Shown: positions 28,154 to 41,766 of the stretch, in pieces | Position numbering within the stretch: position 1 is the first letter of the stretch | Layout of the letters: each line of letters begins with the position of its first letter | Origin: Rotaria socialis | Lineage: Eukaryota | NCBI GenBank assembly: GCA_905331295.1 | Contig: CAJNYD010000035.1 | Span: 1 to 64,000, forward strand | Length of the DNA stretch: 64,000 nucleotides | Direction of reading: 5' to 3' | Notes under the pieces: generated by a model | Told to the model about the DNA's origin: nothing | What the model saw: the letters and a program-made list of their open reading frames with translations, nothing else | The model's database searches: none | Position numbers and translations under genes: made by a program

Positions 28154-29611
28154 CAGGGTTACCAAATTCAAATTTTTGAAATCAGGAGCTCTTGTGGAAA
28201 AACAGGCGTTTATCAGGCGTGCTTTTTGTTTATATTGAACACTCATTTGATGGTTTTTATCTGATAACAACCGACTTTTCACTAATAGACATCTTAATCT
28301 CTTTTCTTAATCAGATTGATGATGAAAAAATTCCTTGTAGATGTAGACCAATTAAAATTGTAAATACAATGTTGATTTCATAAAATTTATTTCAATAGAT
28401 AATTAAAACGCATTTATTAGAATACATGAAAAATAGAAATTTAAAACTAACTGCGAATTATTATGAATCAAAATCAAAACATACAAACAGGGGCGTAAGT
28501 TAGGTGTCAAAGCAAGGGGGGGTGTAACTCTAATTTTTCTGTTTTCATGACCTAAAAAATGAACTTTTGGAAGCAGGAGGCGTAAACTTTTTTCTGTTTT
28601 CGTGAGCAAAAAACACGAAATTTTCAAAAGCAGGGGGGCTTTACGCCCCACCCCACCCCACCCCCTATTTACGCCGCTGCATACAAATACAAAGTAGAAA
28701 CATGGTTCATTCGGTTTCTACTGTCATTCCATAAATATTTCATATGACTAAAGATTGTTTCACAAAATGCATTTGAAGCAGGAATATAAAATACGAATTG
28801 AACAAGTTTTTTTAAGTTAGGAACGCTTTCATCATCAAGTAAATAGGCCCACAAATGATCAGCTCTTACTGGATGATTTTCTTTTTGATTTTTATGGCAT
28901 TTAGCATTACGTTCATCATCATCGGAATCAAAATCTTGTATATCATCATCATCACATTCATCACATAAACTTTGAGGATCACTATCATTCAGTTATCACC
29001 AACCCCACTGTTTTCAATGGAAAATTGTAAATTACAAACAACACATAAAGCTCTTGTAAGATTCGATTTACATTCTCGCAAAAACGTAAAAAAAATTCTA
29101 ATTGAATAGTCACTCTTTTTTAAATTTTGATCAATAACGTTTATTTATTATTGTTGTTGTTGTTGTTGTTGACGATGCTGATGATGAGTTGGCAGATGTT
29201 ACAGCTGTGGTAGGTTTTGGTCTCACAGTAATACTTTCTTTCACAGTTAATGGATCAACTTGTAAGGAAACATCGTCATCTAATGAATTTGATATCTCAA
29301 TCTCAATAATATCAGCTATTGGTGGAGAAAACATTCAAAATACAAAAATATTTCTTTGTTTACTATATCGATTTCTACACGAAAATGCGATATATGTCCT
29401 TATTTGGTTCTTATATCTGTTTAACGCTTCCGTAGATTTGTTTTTTTTTCTCTTTAAAATCGCTCTAGGCTCAAAATGTCGCTAGTCGTCACATTAACAA
29501 AAACAGGAGAAATCATACAAAAACAGCTCCTGATATCAGGAGATTTTTCGTCAGGAAAAAAGTTCAAAAACCAGGAGGTCCCTGGTCAAAACAGGAGATT
29601 TGGTAACCCTA
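28154..29611 (-). mobile_element. Internally deleted hAT DNA transposon
   Basis: TIRs CAGGGTTACCAAA / TTTGGTAACCCTA. Perfect 8-bp TSD GAACGAAG at 28146-28153 and 29612-29619. Subterminal CAGGAG repeats. Transposase remnants: BED-like ALCVVCNLQFSIENSG near 29000-29080 and dimerisation domain PNLKKLVQFVFYIPASNAFCETIFSHM at 28669-28854. Confidence 0.93.
28488..28679. mobile_element. hAT-type MITE nested in the hAT element
   Basis: TIRs CAGGGGCGTAA / TTACGCCGCTG, perfect 8-bp TSD CATACAAA at 28480-28487 and 28680-28687, subterminal G/C runs. Confidence 0.92.
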
Positions 29612-30027
29612 GAACGAAGTGAAGAAAAAGCTTAATAATCTTAGAAGTTTCTAAAAGAGCTGCAACTTCCATTTGTTTTTCATACTAACTGCTGATTTTC
29701 AACGATAAATACCATAATATTGATCGAATAACTTGCTAAGTAAATACACTAGATCATGCTTCTAATCATCTTTTCTCTTTAGTAAACCTCTCAACAAAAA
29801 AAAACTTTCTTATCGGTACATATAACGAAAACATTTTCAAGTTTATACAATAACAAACGCTCCAAATAAATGAGCAAACATGTGTTTAGAACAACTTTGA
29901 AATAGTTACAATATACGATGTATACAAAAAAATTGAATACAAAAGAAAACAAAAGAAAAGAATGTTGTTGAATATTTTTTACGACGAAATAATGACTAGT
30001 GCTGAATATAATAAAGTGTCTTCTATT

Positions 30028-33000
30028 CTACCAAGCTATATCGACATTCGAAAAAATGTATGTGTCGGCTTGTTGCATTATCGAATCAAACCGATCAAAC
30101 AACTAAAAGAGTAACAGAAATATGATCATATTTCTTTTGAAGGAAGATCAGAAAACAAAATTACTTCTTGTAACCATGCTGAATCACCACATATTGCACT
30201 AATTAATTCGGTTGCGTCGGCTGTTGGATTTAGTGCTTGTAATTCAGCGACCTAAATCAATAACATTTTATTCCAATCAAACTTAATTCTCTATTACTTT
30301 TTGTTGTGCATGACAAAACATATGATAAACATGATGCTTAAGTTGATGAGCTGTTTGTGCTAAAATAGCAATATTTTCACAGACAAATATTTCCTGAAAA
30401 AGAAAATGAATTCTTTTTTAAAAAGAAAATGACTGATTAAAATTTATTCTTCGTACTAGTATTTGTAATGGTGTTTCACTTGCTTTTAATGTATCAACAT
30501 CGTATTGGTTTCCATGAAAACGTAATGTATGTGAAACCGATTGTGTTTTATCTTCTGTAACCTAAAATGAAGAGAAATACATAGTTAGAAGATAAAAATA
30601 CACAAAAATATTTACTTGACAATGTAATTGTCGTTGTGGTTGAGTTATAATATCAAGTAACGGATATTTTGCAACTGCACACTATTCAAAGAGAATATTC
30701 TTTTACAATGTCAATTTTTAGAGTGCACTTACAGGAAAAGTTTCTATTGTACGTCGTGATTGAATAACATAATTATAACGTTGTTCAAGAATTTCATCAA
30801 TCAATCGAATATATGTTGCATATTCGTCTGAAAATAAATTCTTTACGTTGTTGATAATTTACGAAGAAAAATTCAACCTGTATTGGCTTTAATTCTTGGT
30901 AATACATCGGCATCATAGACATGATTAACAAGTACTTGTGCATAAACATCATGTTGAATACGTACTGAACTCATATGACCATGAATTCTACAATAGAATT
31001 AAATAAAATATTTATTTATTTTTCATTGCTAAAATATTTATCGTACTTAAGTTTAATTGGATGTGATTCATTAGCAATACGAACAACTTCTTGATTATTA
31101 TGTAAGCCTTTAAGTTCACATTTAAGTGGAATATAATCTTCATACACATTTGTATAAAGCATTCCCTTTGAAAAATAAGACGAATTCGATTTCTATACGA
31201 AAATAATTTATATTCTTACTTCATCTGTAGCTTCCCATGCTATTTCAGAATCAGCAAGTACAGTATCATATTTAAGTAAAAGTGTTTTTGTATGTACTTT
31301 CCATATTGGAAAATGAAGTAAATTAAGGAAATGTCCTTTATACAATAGAAATTGACCAAGTTCAAATGGAATTTCAGGTCCCATTTCTATGATTAGAGTA
31401 TTGAGAAAATAATCAAGCAAAGAAAGATTTTCTTTCATTTTTACCTTCTTCTGAAAACTGTTGACTTTGAGTATTTGTTGATTGATCCATTGCTGTCGAA
31501 GTTGATGCTTCCTGTTGTTGTTTATCAGTAGTTGTTGTTGATTGAGAATATTCAGCAGCTACTTGTTGTTGAAGAGAATTGTTGTTTAATTGTAATTGAT
31601 CATGTTTCATTTCGTATAATCCACCAGTTGTTGATGATGAACTTTCAAAAAAATCAAGAATGACCAGAAACATAGTAAAACAAAAATTTCTTACTTTGAA
31701 TTATTCTGTTGATTTCTTTTCTGTGATGAGTGATGATGTTCGTGAGATTTATCTAAGTTTAAGAATCTCATTTTAAAAATAAAATATATCATGTGCATTT
31801 CAATTACTTGTAGCAAAATTTGATTTAGACAAAGCTGCAACTAACAGTGCATCTGTTGATTCCTATATAAAAAATGAATGTCACTTAATTATAATCATAT
31901 GTGAAACGGATTTTACCTTTTCAACTTGCATTCTATTTTGATCCGTTGTAGAAAGTAGTTCATTCGAAATATAATTCATTGAATTTTGATTATTTTGCTG
32001 TTGTTCCTGTACCATTTCATTCAATTGACTAAGTATTGCCGCTGCTGATGCAGTCGCTGATTCAATAGCCTCAGTTCCATTGGATGTTTGTGTTAATGTA
32101 AGTGTACCAGCATTTAATTGATTAAGTATGTCTTGAGGTAATGTAATTGTTGTCTAGAAATATTTTAAAGAAAATCTTCAATAAAATATGAAAAATAAAT
32201 ATTTCTTACGGAGTTATTAAGAACATTTGGTACAGTTTGTGCATTACGAAATAAATCATTCAATGTATTGATATATTGTTGTTGATTACCTTTTTGTTGT
32301 TGTGCATTTGCTGTTAACGTTATTGTTTGTGGTAGAAAATTTCCTGTTTGATTATTATTTACATTCGTTGGAATATTTTTTAATAATGGATTTATTTTAA
32401 CGCCTTTACTATCATCATATACTGGTCGTCCAATAACCATGATTTCTTCCATGCGTGATTCATCATTGAGCATATAGGTTTGATAACCCATTGAACCAGT
32501 TTGTTGTCCAAGATTATTAAGAATAATACCAGCATTGACAGCACCAATATATATATTATCTTTTGGTTTACGAACAATCGGTTCATTTGCTATCGATTCT
32601 AATGATGGAACTTTTTCTCCGGCAAGAAATTTAAGAAATGCATTATGAAATGACTTCTCTTTTGGATCATAATGAATTTCAACTAAAACGAACGACCAAT
32701 AGACTTTTCTTCTCTTCTTAATTTTAAAGATAAAATGTTTTTACTTGGTTTTCGTTTTGGTGGTGGAACTGTAACACGTTGAATTGATTCTTCAACATTT
32801 TGAACATGAAATGCATTGGCATTAACCTGATGTAGATATGTATATTAATAAATTGATACAATGCAATCTATGTTTATTTTACTTTGCTTTGAAATGATTG
32901 TTTATGTGGTATAATTGATGGATTCATTGTAGCAGGTGCAATAGGTTTCGGTGTTGGTTTCGGCTGTATTGGTACAGGTGTTGAAACAACAGACGAAGTA

Positions 33001-33782
33001 TGCGTTGTTTGAATTGTTGGCATCGATGCGATTTGTAAAATTTGTTGTTGTAAACCTGCAGAAATCTGAGCCATTTGTTGTTGTTCCGTATAATGATTGA
33101 ATAGAGAACCTAAATTCATTGAAATTTGATGGATTCGATTCACGATATAAATATTCAATTATTACGATCACTACTTCAGAAATTTCAACTCAATTTAAAT
33201 GATAGGTTTGTCGAGAAATCTGCTTTTTTTTACAAAATAGACACATCAAAGTCGTAGCAACTGACATATGAAGTAAAATACATCGATCTTTACGATTATA
33301 TCCGAATGTAAGAAATATTTAATCAGTTCAAATCAGTTGAATAGTAGTGTATGGTATATTTTATTCATAGAATATTTCATATATCCGTTCTTTAAGTTAA
33401 TCATCATTTTTGAACTGATACATTTTAAAATAACTTACCGTCTTGTAAAAGTGCATTGATATCTTGATCTTTATCAATGATAATATCTGAAATGGCACAA
33501 AAATAAAAACAATTTTCAGCATAAATCTCAAGACCAAATTAGAGAAAATTTACATTGATCTTGCCCTTGATCATCTGTAATAATCAAAATTTGTTGATTT
33601 TCATTTATATGATTTTGTAATTGATTGATTAATTCAGCTTGATTTGATGAATCTTGTATGATAACTAAATCGTTATTTCCAACTGTTGTTGTAGGTAAAA
33701 TATTACCAGCTGTTTGTAGAACAGTACCAGGTAATACTTGTGCGGTACTAACGGTCGTTAACGGAACAACATTGCTATACAT
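30028..33782 (-). CDS. QSER1/PRR12-like protein with C-terminal DUF4211-type domain (many short exons)
   Basis: Q/T-rich N-terminus and SFHNAFLKFLAG motif. C-terminal exons YAQVLVNHVYDAD, DEYATYIRLIDEIL, LRFHGNQYDVDTL, AHQLKHHVYHMFCHAQQK and final LFDRFDSIMQQADT...W* resemble DUF4211 as recalled from memory. Confidence 0.72.
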
Positions 33783-34000
33783 TGTAGAATTTATTTTCTT
33801 GGTTGGAATATGACTCGAGAGTGTATGTTTTCGTTTGACGCACAAAGAACGATTGCAGTTTATGATTGGAGCAGTCGTTTCACCAATGAAATTGCACGAC
33901 GTGATGTTAGATGAGGGCGCACGTCACATTCACATATATATATATATATATATATCAGCTGCATCCTTTGTAGATAGTTTTTTCTACGAACAACAGTATC
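33783..34000. promoter_or_regulatory. Probable bidirectional promoter containing a (TA)n tract
   Basis: Only 218 bp between the divergent start codons at 33782 (-) and 34001 (+). Confidence 0.6.
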
Positions 34001-37000
34001 ATGACTGAAACAACGACGAGTAGCCAAAGAAGTTCGTATAATTTATTGTGTTGAAAAAATTAGAAAATTATTCCATTTTCTTTTATAGCTCCTCTTTCTT
34101 TTTGGGGTTTCATTCAAGCCGAATTTACTCGTGATTATATGCTCGAATGTGAAGAACAAAAGTACCTAGAAAAGCGAGAAAGAATATATAATTTTCTCTT
34201 GATGTCATCAAGTCTTGAGAAGGTAAATTGAAATTATTAAAACCCGAAGCGAAAAATATATTTGTTTGGCTTGATTTTCTTATTATTGAAAATTAAGTTT
34301 AACATTTTTCGCAAAAATAATTTTATCCTCGAGGAACAACTGAAATAGATGAAGTAAACAGCTATTCGCAGCTACACTCGAGCAATGATACAAATATAGA
34401 TGAGATTCCTTTTTTCTTTTTGTTTTCATTTCTCTACTTTTATTTTAGAAATAATCGATAAAATCATTTTTTTGTTCTACAGGTGGGTAATTTTATATTT
34501 CGAGAAGTAATACAAGATTGATGTTTTAATTTCAAAAAAGAAATTCGGTTTTTCTCATGTGGTTTTATTTTTTGATAGTTTATGCTCTATGGATTTTGTC
34601 AATGTTTGGATACATTTCTATACGTGTGGACTTTCTTACCGATGCGTATTACACTTGCTCTCATGCAAGCAATTGGCACATTATGTCGTTTTCGAACTTC
34701 AAAACCGTACATAGAAAATAGATGATTATTTTGGTTTAGTATTGAAGTTTTTTTTTGTTCAGGAATCGTTTATTTGAACCAGCACAAATTATTGACATGG
34801 TCAAAGGCTTAGTTGTACTCGGTTGTGCTGCACCCATGTGTTTTATGGATATTTCCGTAGTATACCATACAGTTCGTGCTCAGGCTGCTATTAAACTGTA
34901 TATGTTTTTTAATATGCTTGAAGTAGATATAAAAAAAATTGACTACAACAAATGAATGTCTATTGAAATTTGAAATTCAAAGGTATGTGATCGTTTGCTA
35001 TCTTCATTTGGTCAAGATACACTTGATGCTGTCTATTGGACGGCAACTGAACCGCGTCGTAAACATAGTGCTTGGAAATTACTTTTGTGGCTTATTATCG
35101 CTATTACTTATTGTAGTAAGTAATTTGCTAATAAATGCAGTATAGAATAGTAGAAAGTACCCAACAAGTCATAAGTAATATCATTTAATAGTAATTATCT
35201 ATATGACATATTTGAAAGATTATTTAGTGATATGCCTACAGAATTGGTTATCACTGGAGAACATGACAGTTATCAGAGAATAGAAAAAGAGAGAAAGCGA
35301 TGATTGTAAATATTTAAGCATGACGGATAACGTATATGTTGCAATGATAGGCGAGTTTAAAGATAAAGTAGAAAATAACGATTTGACACGTAGAATATGT
35401 AATTAGCTAGTTATTGAAGTGCGAAATGAATGTATAAGAGCAGAAGGAGCATTCAAACGATATTAATTGAATGATAGTATGTATATAATAGTTTTAGCAT
35501 AGGTAGTTAGACACTTGTTGAAGTAAACCGAAAAAATGTCAGCCAAGATGTAAGAATAGAAAAAAAAACTAACGTCTCGTCAATTATTAAGCTCATCGAT
35601 CTTATTTTAATAAGTTTCAATAAACTCATTCTAAGATCTATTGAAGTGCTTCAGAACTATAAGCTTGATCAGATTAACTTCCTTTTGGTGTTCTGTTATC
35701 ATCTTTACATCTGATGATTTTCTCATATATTTAGATCATTGACAAATGTCTTAACATTAAGCATATCTTGAGGGTGTGTTTAAAAAAAACTTCGGAAGTA
35801 CGCTTTCGCTTTTGATATTCTGTAAGATGTGTTTCCAATGGTAGCATTCAATTTTATCGATACAATTATCCCTACAATAATATTTCTGTATGATTTGTAA
35901 TTTTAGCAATTCATGCTATTCTTGTACTTCTTCAAGCCATTACATTGAATGTTGCTTTTAATTCCCAAAATAAAATGCTATTAATTATTATGTTAACAAA
36001 TAATGTAAGTGTTCATATTGAATTTAAATAAATAAATATTTGCTTTTTATCCTTCATAGTTTATTGAATTAAAACATAGTGTATTTAAAAAATTCGATCG
36101 AAATAATTTATTTCAACTATCATGTAGTGACTGTCGTGAGCGTTTTCATTATGTTATTTTATTATTTGTCGTTTGTGTACGTAATCTTGATCAATTTAAT
36201 TGGGATATGAGTCAATTTTGGCCGTTAATTGATTTTATTGTTGTGGTTTTTGTTGTTGAATTTTTCGTTGATTGGGTAAAACATGGATTTATTTTAAAAT
36301 TTAATGAACTTTCGTCTGAAGTCTATCGAGAATATATATTAAGTCTAGCACTGGATATGGTTAAAACAAAACAAGATATTGTATGTTTAATTATATTTTG
36401 ACTTTTTATTTGATTATAGTTGGCAATTGTATTTTTTAGGCATTATCCGATTATACGGATTTGCTTAGCCGTCGATTAGGATTTATTCCATTACCATTTG
36501 CTTGTCTTATTTTTGGTGTACTTTTTCAAACAATTAATGTTAAAACAGTTTTAGCATTCATGAATGTTCTATTAGCATTTCTATGGTAAACTATTTATTA
36601 TAAATAATTCTTTTAAATAGTACTTTGAGTTTCTTTTTCTTGTTTAGTCTATTTGCAACAAAACTTGCTGTCGGAACAATTTTATTGGGTGTTTCCTGTG
36701 AATATATAACTAATAATCGAAAAGAAACTATAACCAGTGCAGCTCCGATAAAGGAACAAATGGCAAATACTAATGTTACTACAAGTGATCAGTCAACTGC
36801 TGAAACAACGGCAATAATCACACAGCCAATAGAAAAAACACATACACGAAGTATGAGCCTCGTACATTTAAATAAACTAATTAGTAAACAAGAACTATGT
36901 CAACCGTCAACATTACCATCAGTTGATGGTGGAGATGAATTGAATGAAACATCCTTTCGTGATGCTGACGATAATTATCAATGTTTAACCAATGATCAAA

Positions 37001-37206
37001 ATTGTCCACCAGTCTTGATATTTTCAAAAGCATCAACATCAAATATGAGCAATATTGAAAATATAAATAATAACAATAGCTCAACAATAACAACGAATAC
37101 AGATGAAGGAATTGTCTTTACAGCGCAATCGTCAACACCAAATAGAAAACAAGACTTGAACGATGTTCAGAGATATAAAATGTGTGGAAACTCAATTATT
37201 ATTTAA
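34001..37206 (+). CDS. TAPT1: Transmembrane anterior posterior transformation protein 1 homolog (TAPT1/Emp65)
   Basis: Motifs YGFCQCLDTFLYVWTFLPMR, YHTVRAQAAIKLYMFFNMLE/VCDRLLSSFGQD, ITLNVAFNS, FIELKHSVFKKF, EFFVDWVKHGFILKFN and RRLGFIPLP; multi-exon. Confidence 0.93.
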
Positions 37207-38329
37207 AACTCAGTTCATCAAGGACTCTTCTGTTCTTGATTCAAGTAAAAAGAATGAAGAACATTTTTTTTGTGAATTTTTTGTTACAATAGCATTGTGC
37301 ACGATGCCTAGCTGCGATTTTTCGACTTAACGTTAAAATATGAATAAATCTATCATGAAAATAAATCGTAGTTTTTCTATTCATATTATCGAAATATTTA
37401 GAAATTTTACTACAATTTTATTTTTCATACGCAAAGATTTCCTTTTGAGTGAATCAATGCATAAAGACACTAAGAGTCTATAAGTGAAACAAATGTTTTA
37501 ATCTATGATGCAAAATGCAATAATAAAATATACGGTATGAATACAAACAAGAAGATAAAGTGAATTTATATTTGAGTTCTGCTTCTTATTCTTAAGTTGT
37601 TTTGCAACATATTCACGGTTTTTCTTTGCTTCTTCAGAAAATATGGTGTTTGCTGAATAGTTTCTTTGGATATATCATTGTCTTTGAAAGTTTTAGTTGA
37701 CCATGAAAATGTATTTTAAAGAAGTTTTTTGAAGATCCGACGTTCCTTTTTAGTTTGTCAACTATTTCCGTCAATTTTTATATGCATCTAAAATTTTCGA
37801 AATATCAGAAATTAGTTTATCGTATGTATCACCGGTAACTTTACCGATTAATTCTAGAAGTTCTTTAAATCATTTGCGAATTCATAACATCGTGTTTAGC
37901 AAGTTTTTCGAGATCTTCATATAGATGGATGTGGGTGCATACATGAGGAATATCCACACCACACTCAGGATGATCGACCTAGGAGTATAAGGGTAAGGAA
38001 CAAGGGTTCTTGAGAGAACGGATAAAAATTTAGTCTGGTAATATACTTTAGTATCTAATTAAACGCTTTGTAGATTTCTTGAATTTGTGTTCATCAAATA
38101 AATTTTTATTGATCTCTTCATTGATAGATGTACTGCTTATGAAAAGCAGATACTAGGCCAATTTGTACATGCATCAATTTTCGTCCTTTTCGTTTTCCAC
38201 ACTTGCTTTTGTATACTACTTGTTTTATTGTAGAAACTGCTGCTGATATTAGTAAGGCTAATGAAAATGCCACAGGTGGAAGACACACGGTCGTAAGCGA
38301 TCGTCACCAGTGAGATACTCAATTTTTTG

Positions 38330-38495
38330 ACCAGATGATGGGGGTGTTTCGCCGTTTACGGCATGGCAAAATACGGTACGTGCCACAACGTTAACTTACG
38401 GCGATTTACGGTCGGAAAACGGTAAGAAACGATAGTATTCGTTAGCGTTTTCCGCCGTGTACGATCGTTTCTAGTCGTCGTAATGTTCGACCTGA
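38330..38495. mobile_element. MITE fragment sharing the TGTTCGACCTG terminus with the 27792 element
   Basis: GC-rich patch with CCGT/ACGG motifs ending in AATGTTCGACCTGAG. No left TIR found. Confidence 0.55.
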
Positions 38496-40049
38496 GCTTC
38501 TGTGTATTTTGCTATAATCTATGAAATGCAGTTATTTGGCTCATTTATTTTAAGAAATATGATAATAAAATCTAAGTATAGTTGAATCTATCATGAACAT
38601 TCCATTTAATAAAAATATTAGAACGAATGTTTTTTCAACGAGATATCTTAATCATGTATTGAACTATGATAGAACTTGATATAAAAAGAAAATAAGACAA
38701 GTCTACATGTCGGAACGACGCTCAACCCATCTTGAAAAAATAAAGAATTGATCATAGCGTATTTAATGCTTTCAAAAATGGTGAATTTGGTCTAGTCTTT
38801 TTCGAAGTTCAAATTAAGAGGAAAAAATCTTGGTTGAATATATTCAAAAGTAAATCGAAGTAGTGTTCCAGTTTATATTTACGCCAGCAAATAGAATGCA
38901 GTGTGATAAAGAAACACATTAATAGTGTTATATTTATTAATATTTCATAAAAAATATCTTAACAAAAGTGTCTACAAAGTGAGCCATTCTATAACATGTA
39001 TTCACTCTTTTTCTTCATCGTTAGCCATTTCATTTTTCAATTGCTGAATCTTTTTAGCTTCTAAAATCATCATAAGACATATTGAATGAATATATGAAAT
39101 TAATTTCATGTTATATTTACACGAACAGAACGTTGAAAGTAACATGCTGGAAAAGAATTCAAAACTCGTACAAGCTTCAATCGCTGTTGGACGCGACCAT
39201 AAAATAACGATACACATACGATAACAATAGTTTTATATCAATAGTGCTGATGGAAATTCTTAAGATTGATTTCAAAAGAAAAATCTTAATTAATAGTAAT
39301 TTTTGTTTTATTATACCGACCCAGTTCAGAGAGAAACAAATGTAATCTAGATGATATCCGAACTTCACTCGAATATGAAATGCATTGCGAAACCCGTAAC
39401 CTAATGATAGATATAAATTTTAATTCTGCAGCAGAAATCGAATTTTCACGATTGGAACCATTTCAATATTGCTGTTGATTCCGAACTGCATGCATAATGC
39501 AAATTTTAATGAGGCATTACACGTATCAGACAGATAGAATCTCTAGACATTTCCTACAACATTCATAACAGTGTTTAAGAACCGGATGGAACAACTGAAT
39601 TTTGACCTTACATGTGCCATCTAGATAGCCCTATTTGTAATAAGAATGTTTTCTCCACAAATTGGCTTAAATCTCACTAAACGCTCAATAACTCCAGTGT
39701 GTAATATGAATTTGTGTTTAACATACATGTAAAGTTATTTATGAAGAAGATTTAGGTATAATAACTATAAATCCGGTAGAAAGTTGCAGAAGGTTCTGAC
39801 TGTTGCTTTTAATATTTATTATCCCATGACTCTACTTTACATAGAGAATCCAAACTCAAGTTAAGTTTTCCAGCTCAAATGATTCTTTCATTAAATTGAA
39901 CTGATGGTGATTGTTTTATTTTTATTTTTTTTGTTGAATGACATTTTTTGTCAGTTCTATTCTTCTTTCTTTGCAGTTTATTTTAATAATAACATACAAC
40001 AAAACAAAACGTTAACACATTTAATTTGATGTTGTAGTCGAACGATATT

Positions 40050-40674
<625 letters not shown>

Positions 40675-40688
40675 TTTGTTCGGGTTAA

Positions 40689-40702
40689 GATAAAAAAAGG
40701 GT
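40689..40702 (-). promoter_or_regulatory. Candidate 5' TOP pyrimidine tract of RPS23
   Basis: Minus strand reads CCCTTTTTTTATCT about 15-28 nt upstream of the ATG, typical of ribosomal protein genes. Confidence 0.55.
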
Positions 40703-41766
40703 GGTTATCTGAAATAAAAAGCAATCAATAATTGTATGACTCTATAAAGTCATTAGAAAAACAAAATTCGAAAAGAAAATGTTTCTGTTTGTTTATTTAG
40801 AACACCCTTGTTTAAAAAAAAAGAGCTGATTGAAATAGTACTCTAGGTTATAAAAAATGCAAAAACATTAAACATCGATTAAGATGAAGACAAGAAGCTT
40901 TCCAATAAATGAAATGAATTATGAAAATATACGAATTGATCGATAATTTTCTCTTAGTACGATGCAGTCTTTTTGGTTTATTTATTTATCTGTATATCTT
41001 ACTATATAACTCGGTTCGATTCTGAATTCAAGTTAAAATGAACAAATCAGACAATCATGACAATAAATTGGAGGTCTATTATAGATGTCGCTGCTTTTTC
41101 CTATCATATTTTTGTAAACAATAATAGTAGTTACCTGAAAAAATAAGTATGAGACAGTTTCCATTATTTACAAATTTATTTTTTTCTATCTGAACTAATT
41201 TAACTTGATTATTGACTTAAATTTTTCTCGTTTTCCTTTCAAATAAACAATCTCTAATCTTTAGACGGCTTCTTGCCAGTCAAATAAAAGCAAAAGTTGC
41301 TTCAAACTATAGATTTTTTTTTTCTACTCGCTGTCTAGTGCTTTTTTTCTTCGCTCTTCTGCTCTTTACAATAGCTGACAGTTTCAAAGCTGTAACTACG
41401 AACATGATTATCATAAGATGAGAATTACCAGTTGGAAACATGTTTGAACTATATCATTCTAGTATTTGAAAGAAATTCAATTGATTTAACATGATGAATC
41501 GTTTTTGATCTACTTTTAAAAATCTTTCTATTTTAGATGATTAGTTTGTAGTCAATCAATTCTTTCTCTTTTTCTACGTTTAATAACTTGTAGTCGAGAA
41601 TAAATCGAATTGAAAATCGAAAAAATAACAAAAAAAGAAACTAAAGGAATCTAAATTAGTTCATTTCATTTCATTTCATGATATGATGTAAGCTTCAATT
41701 ATTAACAAAAATATGTTCTGATTTTTTTCCTTTGTATTTCTCACAAAAGACTTTCTTCTGTGTAAT

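Noticed and set aside
27749..28264. 171-aa ORF and overlapping ORFs
   Set aside because: They coincide with the GC-rich MITE, where stop codons are depleted; no protein features.
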